From Auanema rhodensis (taxonomy: Eukaryota > Animalia > Nematoda): 64,000 nucleotides of DNA. The stretch spans positions 16,740,001-16,804,000 of the forward strand of contig OZ059899.1 of the NCBI GenBank assembly GCA_964057225.1, in the 5' to 3' direction. Shown in pieces: positions 1 through 15,000 of the stretch. Under the pieces are notes generated by a model. That model had not been told where the DNA came from. It did not search any database and saw only the letters and a program-made list of their open reading frames with translations. The position numbers and the translations under genes are program-made. Each line of letters begins with the position of its first letter. Positions within the stretch are counted from its first letter, which is position 1.

Positions 1-3000
1 GATGATTATTGAGAAAAATTGACAATCACCGGACACAACGTGCCTACAGCCTGAACTTTTTTGTGAACAAATCTTTTGGATGGGGTTGATCTAAACCTGT
101 TTTCCGGAAAACTGAGAAGTCACAGCCGAATCTTATTCGGAATATCAGATTCTACACATCTGAATACCCAACTTAGGATTATTTATTTTTCATTATTGTT
201 GATGATTATTGAGAAAAATTGACAATCACCGGACACAACGTGCCTACAGCCTGAACTTTTTTGTGAACAAATCTTGTGGATGGGGTTGAGATAAACCTTT
301 TTTCCGAAAAACTGAGAAGTCACAGCCGAATCGTACTTGGAATATCAGATTCTACACATCTGAATACCCAACTTAGGATTATTTATTTTTCATTATTGTT
401 GATGATTATTGAGAAAAATTGACAATCACCGGACACAACGTGCCTACAGCCTGAACTTTTTTGTGAACAAATCTTTTGGATGGGGTTGATCTAAACCTGT
501 TTTCCGGAAAACTGAGAAGTCACAGCCGAATCTTATTCGGAATATCAGATTCTACACATCTGAATACCCAACTTAGGATTATTTATTTTTCATTATTGTT
601 GATGATTATTGAGAAAAATTGACAATCACCGGACACAACGTGCCTACAGCCTGAACTTTTTTGTGAACAAATCTTTTGGATGGGGTTGATCTAAACCTGT
701 TTTCCGGAAAACTGAGAAGTCACAGCCGAATCGTACTTGGAATATCAGATTCTACACATCTGAATACCCAACTTAGGATTATTTATTTTTCATTATTTTT
801 GATGATTATTGAGAAAAATTGACAATCACCGGACACAATGTGCCTACAGCCTGAACTTTTTTGTGAACAAATCTTTTGGATGGGGTTGATATAAACTTTT
901 TTTCCGAAAAATTGAGAAGTCACAGCCAAATCACACCAAGTAATTCAGATTCTCCACATCTGAATACCCAACTTAGGATTATTTATTTTTCATTATTGTT
1001 GATGATTATTGAGAAAAATTGACAATCACCGGACACAACGTGCCTACAGCCTGAACTTTTTTGTGAACAAATCTTTTGGATGGGGTTGATCTAAACCTGT
1101 TTTCCGGAAAACTGAGAAGTCACAGCCGAATCGTACTTGGAATATCAGATTCTACACATCTGAATACCCAACTTAGGATTATTTATTTTTCATTATTTTT
1201 GATGATTATTGAGAAAAATTGACAATCACCGGACACAACGTGCCTACAGCCTGAACTTTTTTGTGAACAAATCTTTTGGATGGGGTTGGTATAAACCTTT
1301 TTCCGGAAAACTGAGAAGTCACAGCCAAATCACACCAAGTAATTCAGATTCTACACATCTGAATACCCAACTTAGGATTATTTATTTTTCATTATTGTTG
1401 ATGATTATTGAGAAAAATTGACAATCACCGGACACAACGTGCCTACAGCCTGAACTTTTTTGTGAACAAATCTTTTGGATGGGGTTGATCTAAACCTGTT
1501 TTCCGGAAAACTGAGAAGTCACAGCCGAATCGTACTTGGAATATCAGATTCTACACATCTGAATACCCAACTTAGGATTATTTATTTTTCATTATTTTTG
1601 ATGATTTTTGAGAAAAAGGAACATTCACCGAGCACAACGTGCCTACAGCCTGAACTTTTTTGTGAACAAATCTTTTGGATGGGGTTGATCTAAACCTGTT
1701 TTCCGGAAAACTGAGAAGTCACAGCCGAATCGTACTTGGAATATCAGATTCTACACATCTGAATACCCAACTTAGGATTATTTATTTTTCATTATAGTTG
1801 ATGATTTTTGAGAAAAATTGACAATCATCGGACACAACGTGCCTACAGCCTGAACTTTTTTGTGAACAAAACTTTTGGATGGGGTTGATCTAAACCTGTT
1901 TTCCGGAAAACTGAGAAGTCACAGCCGAATCGTACTTGGAATATCAGATTCTACACATCTGAATACCCAACTTAGGATTATTTATTTTTCATTATAGTTG
2001 ATGATTTTTGAGAAAAATTGACAATCACCGGACACAACGTGCCTACAGCCTGAACTTTTTTGTGAACAAATCTTTTGGATGGGGTTGGTATAAACCTTTT
2101 TCCGGAAAACTGAGAAGTCACAGCCAAATCACACCAAGTAATTCAGATTCTACACATCTGAATACCCAACTTAGGATTATTTATTTTTCATTATAGTTGA
2201 TGATTTTTGAGAAAAAGGAACATTCACCGAGCACAACGTGCCTACAGCCTGAACTTTTTTGTGAACAAATCTTTTGGATGGGGTTGATCTAAACCTGTTT
2301 TCCGGAAAACTGAGAAGTCACAGCCGAATCGTACTTGGAATATCAGATTCTACACATCTGAATACCCAACTTAGGATTATTTATTTTTCATTATAGTTGA
2401 TGATTTTTGAGAAAAAGGAACATTCACCGGACACAACGTGCCTACAGCCTGAACTTTTTTGTGAACAAATCTTTTGGATGGGGTTGATCTAAACCTGTTT
2501 TCCGGAAAACTGAGAAGTCACAGCCGAATCGTACTTGGAATATCAGATTCTACACATCTGAATACCCAACTTAGGATTATTTATTTTTCATTATAGTTGA
2601 TGATTTTTGAGAAAAATTGACAATCACCGGACACAATGTGCCTACAGCCTGAACTTTTTTGTGAACAAATCTTTTGGATGGGGTTGATCTAAACCTGTTT
2701 TCCGGAAAACTGAGAAGTCACAGCCGAATCGTACTTGGAATATCAGATTCTACACATCTGAATACCCAACTTAGGATTATTTATTTTTCATTATTTTTGA
2801 TGATTATTGAGAAAAATTGACAATCACCGGACACAATGTGCCTACAGCCTGAACTTTTTTGTGAACAAATCTTTTGGATGGGGTTGATCTAAACCTGTTT
2901 TCCGGAAAACTGAGAAGTCACAGCCAAATCACACCAAGTAATTCAGATTCTCCACATCTGAATACCCAACTTAGGATTATTTATTTTTCATTATTGATGA

Positions 3001-6000
3001 TGATTATTGAGAAAAATTGACAATCACCGGACACAACGTGCCTACAGCCTGAACTTTTTTGTGAACAAATCTTTTGGATGGGGTTGATCTAAACCTGTTT
3101 TCCGGAAAACTGAGAAGTCACAGCCGAATCGTACTTGGAATATCAGATTCTACACATCTGAATACCCAACTTAGGATTATTTATTTTTCATTATAGTTGA
3201 TGATTTTTGAGAAAAATTGACAATCACCGGACACAATGTGCCTACAGCCTGAACTTTTTTGTGAACAAATCTTTTGGATGGGGTTGATCTAAACCTGTTT
3301 TCCGGAAAACTGAGAAGTCACAGCCGAATCGTACTTGGAATATCAGATTCTACACATCTGAATACCCAACTTAGGATTATTTATTTTTCATTATTTTTGA
3401 TGATTATTGAGAAAAATTGACAATCACCGGACACAATGTGCCTACAGCCTGAACTTTTTTGTGAACAAATCTTTTGGATGGGGTTGATCTAAACCTGTTT
3501 TCCGGAAAACTGAGAAGTCACAGCCAAATCACACCAAGTAATTCAGATTCTCCACATCTGAATACCCAACTTAGGATTATTTATTTTTCATTATTGATGA
3601 TGATTATTGAGAAAAATTGACAATCACCGGACACAACGTGCCTACAGCCTGAACTTTTTTGTGAACAAATCTTTTGGATGGGGTTGATCTAAACCTGTTT
3701 TCCGGAAAACTGAGAAGTCACAGCCGAATCGTACTTGGAATATCAGATTCTACACATCTGAATACCCAACTTAGGATTATTTATTTTTCATTATAGTTGA
3801 TGATTTTTGAGAAAAATTGACAATCACCGGACACAATGTGCCTACAGCCTGAACTTTTTTGTGAACAAATCTTTTGGATGGGGTTGATCTAAACCTGTTT
3901 TCCGGAAAACTGAGAAGTCACAGCCGAATCGTACTTGGAATATCAGATTCTACACATCTGAATACCCAACTTAGGATTATTTATTTTTCATTATAGTTGA
4001 TGATTTTTGAGAAAAATTGACAATCACCGGACACAATGTGCCTACAGCCTGAACTTTTTTGTGAACAAATCTTTTGGATGGGGTTGATCTAAACCTGTTT
4101 TCCGGAAAACTGAGAAGTCACAGCCGAATCGTACTTGGAATATCAGATTCTACACATCTGAATACCCAACTTAGGATTATTTATTTTTCATTATTTTTGA
4201 TGATTATTGAGAAAAATTGACAATCACCGGACACAATGTGCCTACAGCCTGAACTTTTTTGTGAACAAATCTTTTGGATGGGGTTGATCTAAACCTGTTT
4301 TCCGGAAAACTGAGAAGTCACAGCCAAATCACACCAAGTAATTCAGATTCTCCACATCTGAATACCCAACTTAGGATTATTTATTTTTCATTATTGATGA
4401 TGATTATTGAGAAAAATTGACAATCACCGGACACAACGTGCCTACAGCCTGAACTTTTTTGTGAACAAATCTTTTGGATGGGGTTGATCTAAACCTGTTT
4501 TCCGGAAAACTGAGAAGTCACAGCCGAATCGTACTTGGAATATCAGATTCTACACATCTGAATACCCAACTTAGGATTATTTATTTTTCATTATAGTTGA
4601 TGATTTTTGAGAAAAATTGACAATCACCGGACACAATGTGCCTACAGCCTGAACTTTTTTGTGAACAAATCTTTTGGATGGGGTTGATCTAAACCTGTTT
4701 TCCGGAAAACTGAGAAGTCACAGCCGAATCGTACTTGGAATATCAGATTCTACACATCTGAATACCCAACTTAGGATTATTTATTTTTCATTATAGTTGA
4801 TGATTTTTGAGAAAAATTGACAATCACCGGACACAATGTGCCTACAGCCTGAACTTTTTTGTGAACAAATCTTGTGGATGGGGTTGATATAAACCTTTTT
4901 TCCGGAAAATTGAGAAGTCACAGCCAAATCACACCAAGTAATTCAGATTCTCCACATCTGAATACCCAACTTAGGATTATTTATTTTTCATTATTGATGA
5001 TGATTATTGAGAAAAATTGACAATCACCGGACACAATGTGCCTACAGCCTGAACTTTTTTGTGAACAAATCTTTTGGATGGGGTTGGTATAAACCTTTTT
5101 CCGGAAAACTGAGAAGTCACAGCCAAATCACACCAAGTAATTCAGATTCTCCACATCTGAATACCCAACTTAGGATTATTTATTTCTCATTATTGATGAT
5201 GATTATTGAGAAAAATTGACAATCACCGGACACAACGTGCCTACAGCCTGAACTTTTTTGTGAACAAATCTTGTGGATGGGGTTGATCTAAACCTGTTTT
5301 CCGGAAAACTGAGAAGTCACAGCCGAATCGTACTTGGAATATCAGATTCTACAGATCTGAATACCCAACTTAGGATTATTTATTTTTCATTATTGTTGAT
5401 GATTTTTGAGAAAAATTGACAATCACCGGACACAATGTGCCTACAGCCTGAACTTTTTTGTGAACAAATCTTGTGGATGGGGTTGATCTAAACCTGTTTT
5501 CCGGAAAACTGAGAAGTCACAGCCAAATCACACCAAGTAATTCAGATTCTCCACATCTGAATACCCAACTTAGGATTATTTATTTTTCATTATTGTTGAT
5601 GATTTTTGAGAAAAATTGACAATCATCGGACACAACGTGCCTACAGCCTGAACTTTTTTGTGAACAAAACTTGTGGATGGGGTTGGTATAAACCTTTTTC
5701 CGGAAAACTGAGAAGTCACAGCCAAATCACACCAAGTAATTCAGATTCTACACATCTGAATACCCAACTTAGGATTATTTATTTTTCATTATAGTTGATG
5801 ATTTTTGAGAAAAAGGAACATTCACCGAGCACAACGTGCCTACAGCCTGAACTTTTTTGTGAACAAATCTTGTGGATGGGGCTGGTATAAACCTTTTTCC
5901 GGAAAACTGAGAAGTCACAGCCAAATCACACCAAGTAATTCAGATTCTACACATCTGAATACCCAACTTAGGATTATTTATTTTTCATTATTGTTGATGA

Positions 6001-9000
6001 TTTTTGAGAAAAAGGAACATTCACCGAGCACAACGTGCCTACAGCCTGAACTTTTTTGTGAACAAATCTTGTGGATGGGGTTGGTATAAACCTTTTTCCG
6101 GAAAACTGAGAAGTCACAGCCAAATCACACCAAGTAATTCAGATTCTACACATCTGAATACCCAACTTAGGATTATTTATTTTTCATTATTGATGATGAT
6201 TATTGAGAAAAATTGACAATCACCGGACACAATGTGCCTACAGCCTGAACTTTTTTGTGAACAAATCTTTTGGATGGGGTTGGTATAAACCTTTTTCCGG
6301 AAAACTGAGAAGTCACAGCCAAATCACACCAAGTAATTCAGATTCTCCACATCTGAATACCCAACTTAGGATTATTTATTTCTCATTATTGATGATGATT
6401 ATTGAGAAAAATTGACAATCACCGGACACAACGTGCCTACAGCCTGAACTTTTTTGTGAACAAATCTTGTGGATGGGGTTGATCTAAACCTGTTTTCCGG
6501 AAAACTGAGAAGTCACAGCCGAATCGTACTTGGAATATCAGATTCTACAGATCTGAATACCCAACTTAGGATTATTTATTTTTCATTATTGTTGATGATT
6601 TTTGAGAAAAATTGACAATCACCGGACACAATGTGCCTACAGCCTGAACTTTTTTGTGAACAAATCTTGTGGATGGGGTTGATCTAAACCTGTTTTCCGG
6701 AAAACTGAGAAGTCACAGCCAAATCACACCAAGTAATTCAGATTCTCCACATCTGAATACCCAACTTAGGATTATTTATTTTTCATTATTGTTGATGATT
6801 TTTGAGAAAAATTGACAATCATCGGACACAACGTGCCTACAGCCTGAACTTTTTTGTGAACAAAACTTGTGGATGGGGTTGGTATAAACCTTTTTCCGGA
6901 AAACTGAGAAGTCACAGCCAAATCACACCAAGTAATTCAGATTCTACACATCTGAATACCCAACTTAGGATTATTTATTTTTCATTATAGTTGATGATTT
7001 TTGAGAAAAAGGAACATTCACCGAGCACAACGTGCCTACAGCCTGAACTTTTTTGTGAACAAATCTTGTGGATGGGGCTGGTATAAACCTTTTTCCGGAA
7101 AACTGAGAAGTCACAGCCAAATCACACCAAGTAATTCAGATTCTACACATCTGAATACCCAACTTAGGATTATTTATTTTTCATTATTGTTGATGATTTT
7201 TGAGAAAAAGGAACATTCACCGAGCACAACGTGCCTACAGCCTGAACTTTTTTGTGAACAAATCTTGTGGATGGGGTTGGTATAAACCTTTTTCCGGAAA
7301 ACTGAGAAGTCACAGCCAAATCACACCAAGTAATTCAGATTCTACACATCTGAATACCCAACTTAGGATTATTTATTTTTCATTATTGTTGATGATTTTT
7401 GAGAAAAAGGAACATTCACCGAGCACAACGTGCCTACAGCCTGAACTTTTTTGTGAACAAATCTTGTGGATGGGGTTGGTATAAACCTTTTTCCGGAAAA
7501 CTGAGAAGTCACAGCCAAATCACACCAAGTAATTCAGATTCTACACATCTGAATACCCAACTTAGGATTATTTATTTTTCATTATAGTTGATGATTTTTG
7601 AGAAAAATTGACAATCACCGGTCACAACGTGGCTACAGCCTGAACTTTTTTGTGAACAAATCTTGTGGATGGGGTTGATATAAACCTGTTTTCCGGAAAA
7701 CTGAGAAGTCACAGCCGAATCTTACTCGGAATATCAGATTCTACACATCTGAATACCCAACTTAGGATTATTTATTTTTCATTATAGTTGATGATTTTTG
7801 AGAAAAATTGACAATCACCGGACACAACGTGCCTACAGCCTGAACTTTTTTGTGAACAAATCTTGTGGATGGGGTTGAGATAAACCTTTTTTCCGAAAAA
7901 CTGAGAAGTCACAGCCAAATCACACCAAGTAATTCAGATTCTACACATCTGAATACCCAACTTAGGTTTATTTATTTTTTATTATAGTTGATGATTTTTG
8001 AGAAAAATTGACAATCACCGGACACAACGTGCCTACAGCCTGAACTTTTTTGTGAACAAATCTTGTGGATGGGGTTGAGATAAACCTTTTTTCCGAAAAA
8101 CTGAGAAGTTACAGCCGAATCACACCAAGTAATTCAGATTCTACACATCTGAATAGCCAACTTAGGTTTATTTATTTTTTATTATAGTTGATGATTTTTG
8201 AGAAAAATTGACAATCACCGGACACAATGTGCCTACAGCCTGAACTTTTTTGTGAACAAATCTTGTGGATGGGGTTGAGATAAACCTTTTTTCCGAAAAA
8301 CTGAGAAGTTACAGCCGAATCACACCAAGTAATTCAGATTCTACACATCTGAATAGCCAACTTAGGTTTATTTATTTTTTATTATAGTTGATGATTTTTG
8401 AGAAAAATTGACAATCACCGGACACAATGTGCCTACAGCCTGAACTTTTTTGTGAACAAATCTTGTGGATGGGGTTGGTATAAACTTTTTTTCCGAAAAA
8501 CTGAGAAGTTACAGCCAAATCACACCAAGTAATTCAGATTCTCCACATCTGAATACCCAACTTAGGATTATTTATTTTTCATTATAGTTGATGATTTTTG
8601 AGAAAAAGGAACATTCACCGGTCACAACGTGGCTACAGCCTGAACTTTTTTGTGAACAAATCTTGTGGACGGGGTTGGTATAAACTTTTTTTCCGAAAAA
8701 CTGAGAAGTTACAGCCAAATCACACCAAGTAATTCAGATTCTCCACATCTGAATACCCAACTTAGGTTTATTTATTTTTTATTATAGTTGATGATTTTTG
8801 AGAAAAATTGACAATCACCGGACACAACGTGCCTACAGCCTGAACTTTTTTGTGAACAAATCTTGTGGACGGGGTTGGTATAAACTTTTTTTCCGAAAAA
8901 CTGAGAAGTTACAGCCAAATCACACCAAGTAATTCAGATTCTCCACATCTGAATACCCAACTTAGGATTATTTATTTTTCATTATAGTTGATGATTTTTG

Positions 9001-12000
9001 AGAAAAATTGACAATCACCGGACACAATGTGCCTACAGCCTGAACTTTTTTGTGAACAAATCTTGTGGATGGGGTTGAGATAAACCTTTTTTCCGAAAAA
9101 CTGAGAAGTTACAGCCGAATCACACCAAGTAATTCAGATTCTACACATCTGAATAGCCAACTTAGGATTATTTATTTTTCATTATAGTTGATGATTTTTG
9201 AGAAAAAGGAACATTCACCGGTCACAACGTGGCTACAGCCTGAACTTTTTTGTGAACAAATCTTGTGGACGGGGTTGGTATAAACTTTTTTTCCGAAAAA
9301 CTGAGAAGTTACAGCCAAATCACACCAAGTAATTCAGATTCTCCACATCTGAATACCCAACTTAGGTTTATTTATTTTTTATTATAGTTGATGATTTTTG
9401 AGAAAAATTGACAATCACCGGACACAACGTGCCTACAGCCTGAACTTTTTTGTGAACAAATCTTGTGGACGGGGTTGGTATAAACTTTTTTTCCGAAAAA
9501 CTGAGAAGTTACAGCCAAATCACACCAAGTAATTCAGATTCTCCACATCTGAATACCCAACTTAGGATTATTTATTTTTCATTATAGTTGATGATTTTTG
9601 AGAAAAATTGACAATCATCGGACACAACGTGCCTACAGCCTGAACTTTTTTGTGAACAAAACTTGTGGATGGGGTTGGTATAAACCTTTTTCCGGAAAAC
9701 TGAGAAGTCACAGCCAAATCACACCAAGTAATTCAGATTCTACACATCTGAATACCCAACTTAGGATTATTTATTTTTCATTATTGTTGATGATTTTTGA
9801 GAAAAAGGAACATTCACCGAGCACAACGTGCCTACAGCCTGAACTTTTTTGTGAACAAATCTTGTGGATGGGGTTGATATAAACCTGTTTTCCGGAAAAC
9901 TGAGAAGTCACAGCCGAATCGTACTTGGAATATCAGATTCTACACATCTGAATACCCAATTTAGGATTATTTATTTTTCATTATTGTTGATGATTTTTGA
10001 GAAAAAGGAACATTCACCGAGCACAACGTGCCTACAGCCTGAACTTTTTTGTGAACAAATCTTGTGGATGGGGTTGATATAAACCTGTTTTCCGGAAAAC
10101 TGAGAAGTCACAGCCGAATCGTACTTGGAATATCAGATTCTACACATCTGAATACCCAACTTAGGATTATTTATTTTTCATTATAGTTGATGATTTTTGA
10201 GAAAAATTGACAATCACCGGACACAACGTGCCTACAGCCTGAACTTTTTTGTGAACAAATCTTGATTCTACACATCTGAATACCCAACTTAGGATTATTT
10301 ATTTTTCATTATAGTTGATGATTTTTGAGAAAAAGGAACATTCACCGAGCACAACGTGCCTACAGCCTGAACTTTTTTGTGAACAAATCTTGTGGATGGG
10401 GTTGATCTAAACCTGTTTTCCGGAAAACTGAGAAGTCACAGCCGAATCGTACTTGGAATATCAGATTCTACACATCTGAATACCCAGCTTAGGATTATTT
10501 ATTTTTCATTATAGTTGATGATTTTTGAGAAAATATGACAATCACCGGACACAACGTGCCTACAGCCTGAACTTTTTTGTGAACAAATCTTGTGGATGGG
10601 GTTGATCTAAACCTTTTTTCCGGAAAACTGAGAAGTCACAGCCGAATCTTACTCGGAATATCAGATTCTACACATCTGAATACCCAACTTAGGATTATTT
10701 ATTTTTCATTATTGTTGATGATTTTTGAGAAAAAGGAACATTCACCGAGCACAACGTGCCTACAGCCTGAACTTTTTTGTGAACAAATCTTGTGGATGGG
10801 GTTGATCTAAACCTGTTTTCCGGAAAACTGAGAAGTCACAGCCGAATCTTATTCGGAATATCAGATTCTACACATCTGAATACCCAACTTAGGATTATTT
10901 ATTTTTCATTATTGTTGATGATTTTTGAGAAAAAGGAACATTCACCGAGCACAACGTGCCTACAGCCTGAACTTTTTTGTGAACAAATCTTGTGGATGGG
11001 GTTGATATAAACCTGTTTTCCGGAAAACTGAGAAGTCACAGCCGAATCTTATTCGGAATATCAGATTCTACACATCTGAATACCCAACTTAGGATTATTT
11101 ATTTTTCATTATTGTTGATGATTTTTGAGAAAAATTGACAATCACCGGACACAACGTGCCTACAGCCTGAACTTTTTTGTGAACAAATCTTGTGGATGGG
11201 GTTGATATAAACCTGTTTTCCGGAAAACTGAGAAGTCACAGCCGAATCTTATTCGGAATATCAGATTCTACACATCTGAATACCCAACTTAGGATTATTT
11301 ATTTTTCATTATTGTTGATGATTTTTGAGAAAAAGGAACATTCACCGAGCACAACGTGCCTACAGCCTGAACTTTTTTGTGAACAAATCTTGTGGATGGG
11401 GTTGATATAAACCTGTTTTCCGGAAAACTGAGAAGTCACAGCCGAATCTTATTCGGAATATCAGATTCTACACATCTGAATACCCAACTTAGGATTATTT
11501 ATTTTTCATTATTGTTGATGATTTTTGAGAAAAATTGACAATCACCGGACACAACGTGCCTACAGCCTGAACTTTTTTGTGAACAAATCTTGTGGATGGG
11601 GTTGATATAAACCTGTTTTCCGGAAAACTGAGAAGTCACAGCCGAATCTTACTCGGAATATCAGATTCTACACATCTGAATACCCAGCTTAGGATTATTT
11701 ATTTTTCATTATTGTTGATGATTTTTGAGAAAAAGGAACATTCACCGAGCACAACGTGCCTACAGCCTGAACTTTTTTGTGAACAAATCTTGTGGATGGG
11801 GTTGATATAAACCTGTTTTCCGGAAAACTGAGAAGTCACAGCCGAATCTTATTCGGAATATCAGATTCTACACATCTGAATACCCAACTTAGGATTATTT
11901 ATTTTTCATTATTGTTGATGATTTTTGAGAAAAAGGAACATTCACCGAGCACAACGTGCCTACAGCCTGAACTTTTTTGTGAACAAATCTTGTGGATGGG

Positions 12001-15000
12001 GTTGATATAAACCTGTTTTCCGGAAAACTGAGAAGTCACAGCCGAATCTTATTCGGAATATCAGATTCTACACATCTGAATACCCAACTTAGGATTATTT
12101 ATTTTTCATTATTGTTGATGATTTTTGAGAAAAATTGACAATCACCGGACACAACGTGCCTACAGCCTGAACTTTTTTGTGAACAAATCTTGTGGATGGG
12201 GTTGATATAAACCTGTTTTCCGGAAAACTGAGAAGTCACAGCCGAATCTTACTCGGAATATCAGATTCTACACATCTGAATACCCAGCTTAGGATTATTT
12301 ATTTTTCATTATTGTTGATGATTTTTGAGAAAAAGGAACATTCACCGAGCACAACGTGCCTACAGCCTGAACTTTTTTGTGAACAAATCTTGTGGATGGG
12401 GTTGATATAAACCTGTTTTCCGGAAAACTGAGAAGTCACAGCCGAATCTTACTCGGAATATCAGATTCTACACATCTGAATACCCAACTTAAGATTATTT
12501 ATTTTTCATTATAGTTGATGATTTTTGAGAAAAATTGATAATCACCGGACACAACGTGACTACAGCCTGAACTTTTTTGTGAACAAATCTTGTGGATGGG
12601 GTTGATATAAACCTTTTTTCCGGAAAACTGAGAAGTCACAGCCAAATCTCACCAAGTGATTCAGATTCTACACATCTGAATACCCAACTTAAGATTATTT
12701 ATTTTTCATTATAGTTGATGATTTTTGAGAAAAATTGATAATCACCGGACACAACGTGCCTACAGCCTGAACTTTTTTGTGAACAAATCTTGTGGATGGG
12801 GTTGATATAAACTTTTTTTCCGGAAAACTGAGAAGTCACAGCCGAATCTTACTCGGAATATCAGATTCTACACATCTGAATACCCAACTTAAGATTATTT
12901 ACTTTTCATTATAGTTGATGATTTTTGAGAAAAATTGACAATCACCGGACACAACGTGCCTACAGCCTGAACTTTTTTGTGAACAAATCTTGTGGATGGG
13001 GTTGATATAAACCTTTTTTCCGGAAAACTGAGAAGTCACAGCCAAATCTCACCAAGTGATTCAGATTCTACACATCTGAATACCCAACTTAAGATTATTT
13101 ATTTTTCATTATAGTTGATGATTTTTGAGAAAAATTGATAATCACCGGACACAACGTGCCTACAGCCTGAACTTTTTTGTGAACAAATCTTGTGGATGGG
13201 GTTGATATAAACCTTTTTTCCGAAAAACTGAGAAGTTACAGCCGAATCTTACTCGGAATATCAGATTCTACACATCTGAATACCCAACTTAAGATTTTTT
13301 ATTTTTCATTATAGTTGATGATTTTTGAGAAAAAGTGACAATCACCGGACACAACGTGCCTACAGCCTGAACTTTTTTGTGAACAAATCTTGTGGATGGG
13401 GTTGATATAAACCTTTTTTCCGAAAAACTGAGAAGTTACAGCCGAATCTTACTCGGAATATCAGATTCTACACATCTGAATACCCAACTTAAGATTATTT
13501 ACTTTTCATTATAGTTGATGATTTTTGAGAAAAATTGACAATCACCGGACACAACGTGCCTACAGCCTGAACTTTTTTGTGAACAAATCTTGTGGATGGG
13601 GTTGATATAAACTTTTTTTCCGGAAAACTGAGAAGTCACAGCGAAATCACACCAAGTAATTCAGATTCTACACATCTGAATACCCAACTTAGGATTATTT
13701 ATTTTTCATTATAGTTGATGATTTTTGAGAAAAATTGACAATCACCGGACACAACGTGCCTACAGCCTGAACTTTTTTGTGAACAAATCTTGTGGATGGG
13801 GTTGATATAAACCTTTTTTCCGAAAAACTGAGAAGTTACAGCCGAATCTTACTCGGAATATCAGATTCTACACATCTGAATACCCAACTAAGGATTATTT
13901 ACTTTTCATTATAGTTGATGATTTTTGGGAAAAATTGACAATCACCGGACACAACGTGCCTACAGCCTGAACTTTTTTGTGAACAAATCTTGTGGATGGG
14001 GTTGATATAAACTTTTTTTCCGGAAAACTGAGAAGTCACAGCCGAATCTTACTTGGAATATCAGATTCTACACATCTGAATACCCAACTAAGGATTATTT
14101 ACTTTTCATTATAGTTGATGATTTTTGGGAAAAATTGACAATCACCGGACACAACGTGCCTACAGCCTGAACTTTTTTGTGAACAAATCTTGTGGATGGG
14201 GTTGATATAAACTTTTTTTCCGGAAAACTGAGAAGTCACAGCCGAATCTTACTTGGAATATCAGATTCTACACATCTGAATACCCAACTAAGGATTATTT
14301 ACTTTTCATTATAGTTGATGATTTTTGGGAAAAATTGACAATCACCGGACACAACGTGCCTACAGCCTGAACTTTTTTGTGAACAAATCTTTTGGATGGG
14401 GTTGAGATAAACCTTTTTTCCGAAAAACTGAGAAGTTACAGCCGAATCTTACTCGGAATATCAGATTCTACACATCTGAATACTCAACTTAAGATTATTT
14501 ATTTTTCATTATTGTTGATGATTTTTGAGAAAAATTGATAATCACCGGACACAACGTGCCTACAGGCTGAACTTTTTTGTGAACAAATCTTGTGGATGGG
14601 GTTGAGATAAACCTTTTTTCCGAAAAACTGAGAAGTTACAGCCGAATCTTACTATGAATATCAGATTCTACACATCTGAATACCCAATTTAAGATTATTT
14701 ACTTTTCATTATAGTTGATGATTTTTGAGAAAAATTGACAATCACCGGACACAACGTGCCTACAGCCTGAACTTTTTTGTGAACAAATCTTGTGGATGGG
14801 GTTGATATAAACCTTTTTTCCGAAAAACTGAGAAGTTACAGCCGAATCTTACTCGGAATATCAGATTCTACACATCTGAATACCCAACTTAAGATTATTT
14901 ACTTTTCATTATAGTTGATGATTTTTGAGAAAAATGACAATCACCGGACACAACGTGCCTACAGCCTGAACTTTTTTGTGAACAAATCTTGTGGATGGGG

